Positions 17,767 through 27,405 are shown, counted from the stretch's first letter. The stretch is 64,000 nucleotides of DNA from Gemmatimonadales bacterium (GCA_036556025.1 DATBKD010000053.1:20326-84325); one strand, 5' to 3'. Notes: generated by a model not told the origin, from the letters alone. Numbers and translations: made by a program.

Positions 17767-18866
17767 CCCACCTCCTGCGCTTCCAATACCTCATCCAGGC
17801 TTTGTTTGGCCTGGAGGATGTCGCTCCAGGGGTCGCCCCGCTTCTCCAGTCGATCGGGAACCGTTCGCAGGGTGAAATCGGTGGGATAGACCTTCTCCAA
17901 CTCCTCCCACCTAAGCGGGGTTGCGACCGTGCCACCGGCATGGCGCCGGGGGGAATAGGGCGCCGCCAGGGACTTTCCCCGGCTGTTCTGGTTGAAGTCG
18001 AAAAAGATCTTGCCCCGGCGGCGCGGAACCGACCACTCCAGGGTTACCTCCTTGGGATGGGCCTGCAGCGCCGCGCGACCGATGGTCTCGGCGACGTGGC
18101 GCACGGCGTCATAATCCAACGTGCGCACGATCGGAAGGTACAGATGCAGGCCGGTTCGGCCCGAGGTCTTGATGTAGGTGGAGAGGCCCAGCCCCTCGAG
18201 CAGCTCGCGAAGCTGCAGCGCGAGGGTGCGGGTCCGGTTGAACGCTTTGCGATGCAGCTCGGGCTCGGCGCCTCGGCTTTCCCGGCCGGAGTAGAGGTAC
18301 GGGTCCAGATCGAAGACGATGAAGTCGGGATAGTTGAGAACCGAGCGCTTCAGGGTGGCCTCGGAGCCATGAAACCTGCGGCCCAGCTTTCGAGCGTCCG
18401 GCTCCGGATCGGTGCGCGAAAACCAGGTGTGCAGCTCGAGGCCTGCCATCTGGCCGAGCCAGAGCAGGGTCACGGTGTTCTCGCAGAGCAGGTACTCCGT
18501 GTCGCGCCGGGTGCTGCTGGAATGAATCTTCACCACCTTGGCGAATGGCGGTACCGAGTCCCAGTGTTTCTGGAAGAAGCTCTTGCCGGTGACGCCGTTG
18601 GGGAATCGGGTAACGAACACCGGCCGCGCCGCCAGATGCGGCAGCATCCACTCGGCAACCCTGGCGAGGTACCGCAGCAGGTCGCGCTTGGTGAGCGGCT
18701 TGAGCTTACTTTCGCCCGGCCAGAGGACTTTGTCGAGGTTGGTGACGGGGAGCTCGTGGCCATCCACCGAGAGCTTGGTGCTCTGGTCGGGGGTGTCGAG
18801 TTGCTGCAGCAGGTCACGGACGGCGGCTTTCATACGTTTCCTCCCACCCGACCACCCTTTCGCCAC
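17763..18866 (-). CDS. NHEJ DNA polymerase/primase (stand-alone LigD Pol domain)
   Basis: Archaeo-eukaryotic primase motifs DFIVFDLDP and KTSGRTGLHLYLPI. Confidence 0.9.
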   Translation of the reverse strand: MAKGWSGGRKRMKAAVRDLLQQLDTPDQSTKLSVDGHELPVTNLDKVLWPGESKLKPLTKRDLLRYLARVAEWMLPHLAARPVFVTRFPNGVTGKSFFQKHWDSVPPFAKVVKIHSSSTRRDTEYLLCENTVTLLWLGQMAGLELHTWFSRTDPEPDARKLGRRFHGSEATLKRSVLNYPDFIVFDLDPYLYSGRESRGAEPELHRKAFNRTRTLALQLRELLEGLGLSTYIKTSGRTGLHLYLPIVRTLDYDAVRHVAETIGRAALQAHPKEVTLEWSVPRRRGKIFFDFNQNSRGKSLAAPYSPRRHAGGTVATPLRWEELEKVYPTDFTLRTVPDRLEKRGDPWSDILQAKQSLDEVLEAQEVG

Positions 18867-18868
18867 TT

Positions 18869-18895
18869 AGGCACGGAGGTGTGACCTCCGTGCCT
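18869..18895 (-). other. Perfect 12-bp intercistronic stem-loop between ku and the LigD-Pol gene
   Basis: AGGCACGGAGGT gtg ACCTCCGTGCCT read directly. No U-tract follows on the minus strand. GGGAGG RBS for the downstream gene follows. Confidence 0.7.
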
Positions 18896-18905
18896 CTGTG
18901 GTGAA

Positions 18906-19745
18906 TCAACTGACCTTCCGGGTGCGCCGGCGCGCGGCCGGGCGGGCCCGCTGGCGCGCGGCCGCCTTGGGCTTGGCGCCTTTGCGCGCGGCCTCGACGC
19001 TCTTCCGGAGAGCGTCGGCCAGATCGATGACCCTGGTCTCCTTCACCTGCGGCGCCTTCACGACCTCCTTGCCTTCCAGCTTGGCCTCGATCAGCTCCGC
19101 CAGCGCCTCGCGGTAGTGATCGTGGTATTCCGAGGGCTCGAACGGCTTCCGCAACAGCTCGATGAGGGCGAAGGCCATATCCAGCTCACGGTCGGTCACT
19201 CGGGTTCCCTTCAGGTCCACCTCGGGCGACTCCCGCACCTCGTCGGGGTAGTACAGCGTCTCCAGCATGATGGCGCCTTCCCGGGGACGCAGGGCGCAAA
19301 GCTGTTCCTTCTTCCGCAAGGTGATGGTCGCGATGGCCGTGAGGTTCTTCTTCTCCAGTGCCCGCAGCAGCAGGGCGTAGGGCTTTTCCGCCCGTTCTCC
19401 CGGCTCGAGATAGTAGCTGCGCTCGTAGAAGACCGGGTCGATCTCCTTTTCTTCCACAAACGCCGAAAGGTCGATGATGTGCTTGCTGGGCAACGGGAGC
19501 CGGTCGAAGTCCTGCTCGGTGAGCGTTACGTACTGATCTTTGGCGTATTCGTACCCGCGCACCGTCTCGTTCCAGGGGACCTCTACCTCGTCGGTGGGAC
19601 ACCAGCGCACCTGTTTCAGCCGGGTGCCGCACGTCGCGTGGAGCAGATGGAATGCGATGTCCTTGCTCTCAGTCGCACCGAAGAGCCGAACCGGTATGCT
19701 CACCATCCCGAAGCTGATTGAGCCGCTCCAGATCGCCCTCGCCAT
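18906..19745 (-). CDS. ku: Ku DNA end-binding protein
   Basis: MARAIWSGSISFGMVSIPVRLF is the canonical bacterial Ku N-terminus. Basic C-terminal tail. Start at internal ATG (cat 19743-19745). Confidence 0.92.
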   Translation of the reverse strand: MARAIWSGSISFGMVSIPVRLFGATESKDIAFHLLHATCGTRLKQVRWCPTDEVEVPWNETVRGYEYAKDQYVTLTEQDFDRLPLPSKHIIDLSAFVEEKEIDPVFYERSYYLEPGERAEKPYALLLRALEKKNLTAIATITLRKKEQLCALRPREGAIMLETLYYPDEVRESPEVDLKGTRVTDRELDMAFALIELLRKPFEPSEYHDHYREALAELIEAKLEGKEVVKAPQVKETRVIDLADALRKSVEAARKGAKPKAAARQRARPAARRRTRKVS

Positions 19746-19870
19746 TGAAGTCTCCTGGCGGGCCGGCATCGGGCCGGGCCCGGCTCGCCGCGTGAAGGAC
19801 GCATGTGGCCCGGGAGGCGGATCTTGCAGCGCTTTTCCACACCCCAAGCACACGATATCCACAGCGTTTT

Positions 19871-19899
19871 CAACATAAGTTGTTGACAACTAACAACTT
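19871..19899. promoter_or_regulatory. AT-rich cluster of GTTG/CAAC inverted repeats upstream of ku (candidate operator)
   Basis: CAACataaGTTGTTgACAACtaACAACTT. AAGTTGTT (19877-19884) is the exact reverse complement of AACAACTT (19892-19899). Nested GTTGT-tg-ACAAC. Confidence 0.4.
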
Positions 19900-19957
19900 A
19901 CGCCGCTGGATTATGCCCGGGGCAGTAGGGCCCTGCTGTGGGTTGAGTCACACGGGG

Positions 19958-21052
19958 TTACTGCGAAGCTGCCTTGATCGGTGCGGGTTTAGCGCTGGTC
20001 ACGGCGCGCAGGATCCGCCCGATGGCGCCGGAGTCGGCGGTCGTCACCGCAGGAGTGAGTGAATCGCCGGCCGGAACTGCGGGAAGGGCGATTTCGAGCG
20101 TGGCCGGCGCGGGGTCGATGGCCTGAATGGAGTCTGTCGTGGACGCTGTGGGACGTTTCGCCGTCGCTGATGCCGGCATGGTTGCGGGCGCGGGCGACGT
20201 GGACTTCGCGGCTTCCGCCGAGGTTACGATGGCGGGGGAGAACGCGGGACCCGCCGTCATCACAGTTCCGGGCGCGGTCGTCTGGCTGACCGATGCGGGA
20301 GCCGCCGGAGTGGTCTGCGCGAGCGTCGGACGAGGCGCGGTCTCCGCCAGCGACTTGGCTTCGGCGCCTGGAGCAACTGCCGAGACCGCCATCCGGGTGC
20401 AGACGATCGCGATGATTCCGATGATTGTCAGCTGGATCGGACGCCGAATCCAGGACCGCGATGGTTGAGGCACCGAAGGGGCGGACTCCTCCGCCCGCGC
20501 CGGTGGCTCCTCTTCCACCACTACCGCGGCTTCCCGGGCCATGTAGCTCGGCGGGCTGAACGCAGACCGGGTAAGCTCGAGCACCGGCGACGGAACTGGT
20601 GCTGGAATCGGAACCGGGGCGAGGTGGTACTGGATCGGTGCAGGGCGGTTCGGCTGCGGCGCCGGGGGCTGCATCGGAGCGGGGTGGCGCTGCACCGGAG
20701 CAGGGTGGTGGTGGACCGGAGTCGGGTGGTGCTGGACCGGAGTCGGGTGGTGCTGGACCGGAGCAGGATGCGGTGCCGGCGCCGACTGGGGCGCCGGCGA
20801 TTGGGGTCGCGGGCCACTCGACTTGAGAGCGGGCGTACGGGGCGGCGTCGGCTCGGCCGGGTGCAATGAGCTCGGGGGAAGCTCCAACGCCTTCTTATAG
20901 TGTGGATGAAACTCGATAGGCAGCCACTTCTGGGAAGCGGTATGGTAGATCCGGGCGCGGTTGGTGACCACGCCGTTGCGGATCGCGGTCGCCAACTCCT
21001 CGATCGTGCGGAAGACGGTTTCCTCGCCGCGTCCGACCTCGATCCGGTACAT
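19958..21052 (-). CDS. Membrane-anchored Pro/His/Ala-rich protein with a small N-terminal globular domain (GYF_2/DUF4339-like, tentative)
   Basis: Start MYRIEVGRGEE (cat 21050-21052). Low-complexity HHPxPVQ repeats, one TM (IQLTIIGIIAIVC), Ala/Thr/Pro-rich tail. Confidence 0.6.
   Translation of the reverse strand: MYRIEVGRGEETVFRTIEELATAIRNGVVTNRARIYHTASQKWLPIEFHPHYKKALELPPSSLHPAEPTPPRTPALKSSGPRPQSPAPQSAPAPHPAPVQHHPTPVQHHPTPVHHHPAPVQRHPAPMQPPAPQPNRPAPIQYHLAPVPIPAPVPSPVLELTRSAFSPPSYMAREAAVVVEEEPPARAEESAPSVPQPSRSWIRRPIQLTIIGIIAIVCTRMAVSAVAPGAEAKSLAETAPRPTLAQTTPAAPASVSQTTAPGTVMTAGPAFSPAIVTSAEAAKSTSPAPATMPASATAKRPTASTTDSIQAIDPAPATLEIALPAVPAGDSLTPAVTTADSGAIGRILRAVTSAKPAPIKAASQ
20690..20775. repeat. 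In-frame 21-bp tandem repeat encoding an HHP(A/T)PVQ heptapeptide (approximate bounds)
   Basis: GGACCGGAGTCGGGTGGTGCT occurs twice in tandem with degenerate flanking copies. The protein reads HPAPVQHHPTPVQHHPTPVHHHPAPVQRHPAPMQ. Confidence 0.7.
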
Positions 21053-21398
21053 GGATGCTGCCTCGAAAATTGTCTGTGGGAGCCTCCCCAACACGCCAAT
21101 TTCATGCTCGCGTCGAGTGCACCTTCCTTCATGACGCCGTGGCAGCGCCGCAAGATCGTGCACTCGCTCTCGAGTGCGCTCAACTCTCCGAGCGATCATC
21201 AGAAACTCCGCCGCGGAATCAGCTTATCTGATCGGCAACGGCCAGAACGAGCGTAGGCGAGATTCTGCACCCGCGGAGCCACCTGTCTGAGGGCTCTGCC
21301 AGACCGGTAAACCGGAGCAGCACGGTCTGGTACTCTGCACGACCCTTCGCTGGGTGCGCTCTGTCTGTCGGTGAAGCGCTCGGATAAGTTCAGCCCGA

Positions 21399-22142
21399 AT
21401 GGCACACGAATCCGCTGTCCTCCGGGCCGAACGGGTATCGAAGCGCTTCGGTGCGGTCCAGGCGCTCGACGGGATATCGCTGGAGGTGGGACGCGGAGAA
21501 TGCGTCGCGCTGATCGGCGAAAGTGGCTCAGGCAAGAGCACCCTGCTCCGCTGCTTCAATCGCCTCACGGATCCGGATGGTGGACGGGTGTTCGTCGATG
21601 GGGCCGACGCCGCTGGTCTCGATCCGATCGGGTTGCGCCGCCGGATTGGGTATGTGCCACAGGAAGGTGGCCTTCTGCCCCACTGGAAGGTGCGCCGGAA
21701 CGTCGGCTTGGTGCCCTGGCTTCAATCGCGGCCGGATGCGGCTGAGCGCGCCGAACGGGCGCTTGGCCTGGTGGGTCTCGATACCGCTCTCCTGGGAGAC
21801 CGCTGGCCCGCCGATCTCTCCGGTGGCCAGCGGCAACGCGTGGCGGTAGCCCGGGCGCTGGCCGCCGAGCCGAGCGTGATCCTGCTGGATGAGCCGTTCG
21901 GGGCACTCGATGCGATCACCCGCGCCGATCTGCAAACCACCTTTCGAGGGCTGCGTGAGACCCTGGGAGTTACCGCGTTACTGGTCACCCACGATCTGCC
22001 GGAGGCCCTGCTGCTGGCCGACCGGATCGCCGTGCTGCGGGAGGGTCGCCTGGAACAGGTGGCTCCGCCAAATCAACTGCTCCAATCTCCCGGGACGGAC
22101 TACGTCCGAGAGCTCCTACGCCGTGCCCGGGTCGTGGAGTGA
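21399..22142 (+). CDS. ABC transporter ATP-binding protein (osmoprotectant/glycine-betaine-type)
   Basis: Walker A GESGSGKST, signature LSGGQRQRV, Walker B ILLDEPFGALD. Confidence 0.9.
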   Translation: MAHESAVLRAERVSKRFGAVQALDGISLEVGRGECVALIGESGSGKSTLLRCFNRLTDPDGGRVFVDGADAAGLDPIGLRRRIGYVPQEGGLLPHWKVRRNVGLVPWLQSRPDAAERAERALGLVGLDTALLGDRWPADLSGGQRQRVAVARALAAEPSVILLDEPFGALDAITRADLQTTFRGLRETLGVTALLVTHDLPEALLLADRIAVLREGRLEQVAPPNQLLQSPGTDYVRELLRRARVVE

Positions 22143-23734
22143 GCATGCCGGCGTTGGGGGGCGGTTGGCATTGGCTGGTCGTTCCGGCGCTTTTCGCCGC
22201 TGACCTTCCGCTTCCCGCCCAGACTGCCCAGTCGCCCCCCATCGTCGTGGCGTCGAAGCCCTTCGGTGAGTCGTACCTCCTGGCTGAGATGTTTGCCCAG
22301 CTGCTGGAGGCGCGGGGATTTTCCGTGGACCGGCGGCCCGGGCTCGGCGCGACCGAGATCGCGTTCGGCGCGCTCCAGAGTGGCGCCATCGACGTCTATC
22401 CCGAATACACCGGGACCGGACTGCTTGCGATTCTGCATCAGCGCCCCAGCGCGGACCCGGCGGAGGTTTACGCCAAGGTCGCGCGTGAGTTCCGCGACCG
22501 CTACGGGGTACGCTGGCTCCCACCACTCGGCTTCCAGAACACCTATGCCATCGCCGTGCGCCGGGAAACAGCTCAACGTCTCAAGCTCACCACGCTGAGC
22601 GATCTTGCGAGGGCCGGCCCGACGCTGCGGGCAGGTTTGACTCCCGACTTCATCGGTCGCCCCGACGGCCTGCCCGGTTTGGCGGGGGCCTACGGTCTTC
22701 GGTTCTCCTCGGTGCGCGCCCTGCTGCCGGCGATCAAGTACCAGGCCCTGGCTGCCGGCGAGGTGGATGTCATCGACGGGTACTCCACCGATGGGCTCAT
22801 CGCCCGTTATGATCTCGTGGTCTTGCGGGACGACCGGGGCTTTTTCCCACCGTACGAAGCTGCGGCGCTGGTCAGCCGGCGATTGGCTCAGGAGAGGCCC
22901 GCTGCGCTGGCCGCCTTGGGCGAGCTGAGCGGCCGGCTGAGTGAAGTCGCAATGCGCCAGCTCAACCAGCGCCTTGAGGTTGAGCATGAACCCGTGGCGC
23001 GCGTGGCTGCCGGCGCGCTACGGGACCTCGGCCTCATTGGTCAGGCCGGCGGCAGGGAAACCGGTTCCCGAGTGCGGAGCGGGTTGTTCGCCTATCTCTG
23101 GGACCAGCGGCTTACGATCGCGCGCCTCACCTGGCGCCACCTGTTCCTGGTTGCGGTGTCTCTTGCCATCGCCATCGCCCTGGCTCTGCCGCTGGGGCTT
23201 GCCTTGGAGCGCCACCCCCGCGCCGCCGAGTCGGTCATTCGAGCCGTTGGGCTGCTCCAGACCATTCCCAGCATTGCCCTGCTGGCACTTATGATCCCGC
23301 TGCTCGGCATCGGGGTGATTCCAGCGTTGGTGGCGCTCTTCCTGTATTCGCTATTCCCCATCCTGCGCAACACCTACACCGGCGTACGGGAGGCCGCGCC
23401 GGACGCGGTGGGCGCCGCCCGGGCGCTGGGGATGACGCCGGGTCAGGTTCTCCGGTACGTGCGACTGCCACTGGCCGCCCCGATCATCATGGCCGGGATC
23501 CGGACCGCCGCGGTGATCAACGTGGGGACGGCCACACTCGCGGCGTTCATCGGCGCCGGCGGCCTGGGCGACCCGATCGCCTCCGGACTGGCACTGTCGG
23601 ACACCCACATGATCCTCTCTGGGGCTCTGCCCGCCGCCCTTCTGGCCCTGGCGGTAGACGGGCTGTTGGGGCTCTGCGAGGCGATGGTGAGGCCCACGTT
23701 CGGTGGCTTGACGCCCCGTCAGCGCTCGGAGTAG
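22139..23734 (+). CDS. Fused ABC transporter substrate-binding domain (OpuBC/OpuAC-like) plus permease domain
   Basis: N-terminal half resembles glycine-betaine-type SBPs (YPEYTGTGLL, GFQNTYA). C-terminal half has 5-6 TM segments with a BPD_transp-like loop. GTGA overlap with the ATPase gene. Confidence 0.8.
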   Translation: MSMPALGGGWHWLVVPALFAADLPLPAQTAQSPPIVVASKPFGESYLLAEMFAQLLEARGFSVDRRPGLGATEIAFGALQSGAIDVYPEYTGTGLLAILHQRPSADPAEVYAKVAREFRDRYGVRWLPPLGFQNTYAIAVRRETAQRLKLTTLSDLARAGPTLRAGLTPDFIGRPDGLPGLAGAYGLRFSSVRALLPAIKYQALAAGEVDVIDGYSTDGLIARYDLVVLRDDRGFFPPYEAAALVSRRLAQERPAALAALGELSGRLSEVAMRQLNQRLEVEHEPVARVAAGALRDLGLIGQAGGRETGSRVRSGLFAYLWDQRLTIARLTWRHLFLVAVSLAIAIALALPLGLALERHPRAAESVIRAVGLLQTIPSIALLALMIPLLGIGVIPALVALFLYSLFPILRNTYTGVREAAPDAVGAARALGMTPGQVLRYVRLPLAAPIIMAGIRTAAVINVGTATLAAFIGAGGLGDPIASGLALSDTHMILSGALPAALLALAVDGLLGLCEAMVRPTFGGLTPRQRSE

Positions 23735-23776
23735 GATGCCACCGGGCATGCGTCCCCCTTCCCCAGTCTGAGTCTC

Positions 23777-25003
23777 ATGCGCCTGCACCCATTCCGTGCT
23801 ATCCGTCCAGTTCCCGAGCTCGCCGAGCGAGTCGCGTCGGTTCCCTATGACGTGGTGACCCGCTCCGAGGCTATCACCCTGGCTCAGGGTAATCCCTACA
23901 GCTTCCTTCACATCGGTCGCTCGGACATCGATCTCCCGCAGGATGTGGACCCGTACGACCCGCGGGTCTATGCCCAGGCGAGACGGACCCTGGATCAGTT
24001 TCTGTCCGGCGGGACGCTGCTGCGGGAGCCGGTGCCTTCGCTCTATCTGTATCGCCAGGTGATGGATGGACGGGCACAGGTCGGGGTCGTGGGGTGCGTC
24101 CATATCGACGACTACGAGGCAGACGTCATTCGGAAGCACGAGAAGACCCGGCCGGACAAGGAGGACGACCGGACCCGGCACGTGCTGATGCTCAACGCGA
24201 ATGCCGAGCCGGTGTTTCTCACCTATCGGGAGAACTCCGGGATCGAAGCCCTGATCGAGCCGATTCTGCGGACCCCGCCACTATACGATTTCACCGCGGC
24301 CGATGACGTGCGCCACACCGTCTGGCGGGTCCCGGACCCGGCTCCGCTCATCGACGCGTTCAGAAACGTCCCCCACGCCTACGTCGCCGACGGTCATCAT
24401 CGCTCGGCCAGCGCCTGGCGAGCGGGCAAGGAAATCCGGGCGCGTCCGCCGCAGCACCGGGGGGATGGAGAGTACAACTGGTTTCTCGCCGTGCTCTTTC
24501 CCGCCGACCAGCTTCGGATCCTTCCGTATAACCGCCTGGTCCGGGATCTGAATGGACTCAGCGGGACAGAGATCCTGGCCCGGTTGGCGCGGGTGGGCCG
24601 GGTGTGGCCCACGGAGGACGCCCAGCCGCCCAGACCAGGCAGCTTCTGTGTCTATGTGGCGGGCGGGTGGTATCTGCTGGAGCTGGACCAGGGCAGCATC
24701 GACCGCAGCGATCCGATCGGCTCGCTGGACGTTGCCCTGCTGCAGGAACGGGTACTCGGTCCCATCTTTGGGATCCAGGATCCGCGCACCGACAAGCGGA
24801 TCGATTTCGTGGGGGGAATCAGGGGAACGAAGGAGCTGGAGCGGCGGGTGGATTCGGGAGACATGGCGATCGCCTTCTCGCTCTATCCGACGACGCTGGA
24901 GCAGCTCATGACGGTGGCCGATGCGGGCAAGGTCATGCCACCCAAGAGTACCTGGTTCGAGCCGAAGCTGTGCAGCGGACTATTCGTGCATGAGCTGGGG
25001 TGA
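23777..25003 (+). CDS. DUF1015 family protein
   Basis: MRLHPFRAIRP...VASVPYDVV N-terminus and ADGHHRSASA motif are typical of DUF1015. Confidence 0.75.
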   Translation: MRLHPFRAIRPVPELAERVASVPYDVVTRSEAITLAQGNPYSFLHIGRSDIDLPQDVDPYDPRVYAQARRTLDQFLSGGTLLREPVPSLYLYRQVMDGRAQVGVVGCVHIDDYEADVIRKHEKTRPDKEDDRTRHVLMLNANAEPVFLTYRENSGIEALIEPILRTPPLYDFTAADDVRHTVWRVPDPAPLIDAFRNVPHAYVADGHHRSASAWRAGKEIRARPPQHRGDGEYNWFLAVLFPADQLRILPYNRLVRDLNGLSGTEILARLARVGRVWPTEDAQPPRPGSFCVYVAGGWYLLELDQGSIDRSDPIGSLDVALLQERVLGPIFGIQDPRTDKRIDFVGGIRGTKELERRVDSGDMAIAFSLYPTTLEQLMTVADAGKVMPPKSTWFEPKLCSGLFVHELG

Positions 25004-25026
25004 AAGTCGCGAACGAAGGGAGTGCA

Positions 25027-26241
25027 ATGAAGGTCCTCATCGCCGACAAATTCGAGAAAGTCGGCACCGATGGTCTGATGGAGCTCGGCTGCAAGGTGGT
25101 CTCGCAGCCGCAGGTTCAGGCCGACGAGCTTCCCATGGCGATCCGGCAGGTCGACCCGCACATCCTGATCGTGCGCGGCAAGAAGGTGAACGCCGACGCG
25201 CTCAAGGCCGGCACCGCGCTCACGCTGGTGATCCGGGCCGGCGCCGGGATCGATACGATCGACGTTGAGACCGCCTCGAGCCGCGGCATTTTCGTCTCCA
25301 ACTGTCCCGGGAAGAACTCCATCGCGGTCGCGGAGCTCGTTCTGGGATTGCTGCTGTCCTGTGACCGCCGCATTCCCGATCAGGTGGCGGACCTGCGCAA
25401 AGGGCGGTGGAACAAGGCGGAGTATTCCAAAGCCCGAGGACTATTCGGGCGCAGGCTCGGCATCGTCGGGCTGGGGCAGATCGGCCGGGAGGTGGCGAGC
25501 CGGGCCCAGTCATTCGGCATGCGGGTCATCGCCTGGTCTCGCAGCCTCACCCACGAAGAAGCCGATCGTCTCGGCCTGGCCTATGCCCAAACACCGCTGG
25601 ATGTGGCCCGCCTTGCCGATGCCGTGACCATCAACGTCGCCGCCAATGCCTCGACCAAGCATCTGGTCAATGCCGAGTTCCTGGCGGCGATGCGTCCCGG
25701 TGCCTACCTCATCAACACCTCGCGCGGATCGGTGGTGGATGAGGCTGCATTGCAGCAGGCGATCCGGGAAAAGGGACTTCGCGCTGGGCTGGATGTGTTT
25801 CAGGGCGAGCCGGCCGGGGGAACCGCGGAATTCTCCTCGGCGATCGCCCAGGATGCCGCGGTCTACGGCACGCACCATGTGGGCGCATCCACGGAGCAGG
25901 CCCAGGTGGCGATTGCCCACGAGGTGATTCGGATCGTCCAGGCCTTCCGGGACACCGGTGAGGTGCCCAACGTGGTCAACCGGCTGGCGCGCAGCTCGGC
26001 CACCCATGTGCTTTCGATCCGACATCGCAACCGCCCGGGTGTGCTGGCCCACGTGTTTGGGGTGCTGGCCGGCGCGGCGATTAACGTCGAAGAGGTGGAG
26101 AACATCATCTATCACGGCGCGCAGGCCACGCTGGCGCGGATCCATCTGGACGGCGAGCCCAACCACGGCGCGCTGGAAAAGATCCGGAGCGGAAATGCGG
26201 ATATAATTAGCGTCGAACTGACGGAGATTGACGGAAAGTAG
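25027..26241 (+). CDS. serA: D-3-phosphoglycerate dehydrogenase with C-terminal ACT domain
   Basis: 2-hydroxyacid dehydrogenase fold (GIVGLGQIGREVA; RGSVVDEAAL). ACT-like tail. GAAGGGAG RBS before ATG 25027. Confidence 0.88.
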   Translation: MKVLIADKFEKVGTDGLMELGCKVVSQPQVQADELPMAIRQVDPHILIVRGKKVNADALKAGTALTLVIRAGAGIDTIDVETASSRGIFVSNCPGKNSIAVAELVLGLLLSCDRRIPDQVADLRKGRWNKAEYSKARGLFGRRLGIVGLGQIGREVASRAQSFGMRVIAWSRSLTHEEADRLGLAYAQTPLDVARLADAVTINVAANASTKHLVNAEFLAAMRPGAYLINTSRGSVVDEAALQQAIREKGLRAGLDVFQGEPAGGTAEFSSAIAQDAAVYGTHHVGASTEQAQVAIAHEVIRIVQAFRDTGEVPNVVNRLARSSATHVLSIRHRNRPGVLAHVFGVLAGAAINVEEVENIIYHGAQATLARIHLDGEPNHGALEKIRSGNADIISVELTEIDGK

Positions 26242-26280
26242 TCGCGACCCGCGACTATTACCCATACCAGGATCCCCCCA

Positions 26281-27393
26281 ATGCCCACCGACCGCATCTT
26301 CAACTTTTCCGCCGGCCCGGCCGTTCTCCCAGAACCCGTTCTCAAGCGAGCCCAGGAGGCGATCTGGAATGTCGCAGGGAGCGGCATCGGGATCATGGAG
26401 CACAGCCACCGCGGGAAAGTCTTCGACAAGATCATCGAGGACGCCGAGCAGGCCTGCCGGCAGCTAGGCGGCATCCCGGACAACTATCGAGTCTTGTTCC
26501 TCCAGGGCGGTGCGTCCCTCCAGTTCTCGATGGTGCCGATGAACTTGCTGCCGCCCGACCGCACCGCGGACTACCTCCTCACCGGCGTATGGTCGCAGAA
26601 AGCGGTGAAGGAAGCCAAGATCCTGGGCGGCAAAGTGCATCTCGCGGCCAGCAGTGAGGCCACCAACTTCGACCGGATTCCCAAACCCGATGAGATCCGC
26701 TACTCCGCCAATCCGGTGTACGTGCACCTCACGACCAACAACACCATCTACGGAACCCAGTGGCGGAGCGAGCCGGCCGTGCCCGCGGGGGCCCCTCTGA
26801 TCGCCGACGCCTCGAGCGACATCTACAGCCGGCCGATCGACATCGGAAAGTATGGTCTGATCTACGCGGGCGCCCAGAAGAATCTGGGTCCATCAGGGGT
26901 GGTCCTGGTTATCATCCGCGACGATCTGGTCGAGGCCGGCGCCAAGACGCTGCCCACCATGCTGCAGTATCGCACTCACGCGGCCGAGAAGTCGCTCTAC
27001 AATACCCCACCCACCTTCGGCATCTACGTGATGGGCGAGGTGTTCAAGTGGATTCAGGCCGAGGGCGGGCTCAAGGCCATGGAGGAGAAGAACGAGGCCA
27101 AAGCGAAGCTGCTCTACGACTACATCGATGAGAGCGACTTCTTCCGCGGCACCGTTCAGCCCGATAGCCGCTCGCGCATGAACCTCTGCTTCCGGGCTCC
27201 CACCGAGGAGCTGGAGACCAAGTTCATCAGCGAGGCGACCAAGAAGGGCCTCGACGGTCTCAAGGGACACCGCTCGGTGGGCGGGATGCGGGCCAGCATC
27301 TACAATGCCTGTCCCCGCGCCGCGGTCGAGGCGCTGGTGTCGTTCATGAAGGAGTTCGAGCGGGCCAATCGGGCCGCGGCGGCGCGGACCTGA
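26281..27393 (+). CDS. serC: Phosphoserine aminotransferase
   Basis: [17 protein letters not shown]-terminus, [11 protein letters not shown] (PLP-Lys region), [15 protein letters not shown]. Confidence 0.92.
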   Translation: MPTDRIFNFSAGPAVLPEPVLKRAQEAIWNVAGSGIGIMEHSHRGKVFDKIIEDAEQACRQLGGIPDNYRVLFLQGGASLQFSMVPMNLLPPDRTADYLLTGVWSQKAVKEAKILGGKVHLAASSEATNFDRIPKPDEIRYSANPVYVHLTTNNTIYGTQWRSEPAVPAGAPLIADASSDIYSRPIDIGKYGLIYAGAQKNLGPSGVVLVIIRDDLVEAGAKTLPTMLQYRTHAAEKSLYNTPPTFGIYVMGEVFKWIQAEGGLKAMEEKNEAKAKLLYDYIDESDFFRGTVQPDSRSRMNLCFRAPTEELETKFISEATKKGLDGLKGHRSVGGMRASIYNACPRAAVEALVSFMKEFERANRAAAART

Positions 27394-27405
27394 CCGCCGC
27401 CGAGC

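Noticed and set aside
21053-21398. Possible riboswitch (glycine- or betaine-related) in the 345-nt leader of the osmoprotectant ABC operon. It contains the hairpin CCAGACCG...CGGTCTGG and ACCGG..GGAGCA segments.
   Set aside because: The resemblance to the glycine riboswitch core (ACCGAAGGGGCAA) is only partial and cannot be validated by eye. It needs a covariance-model search before any claim.
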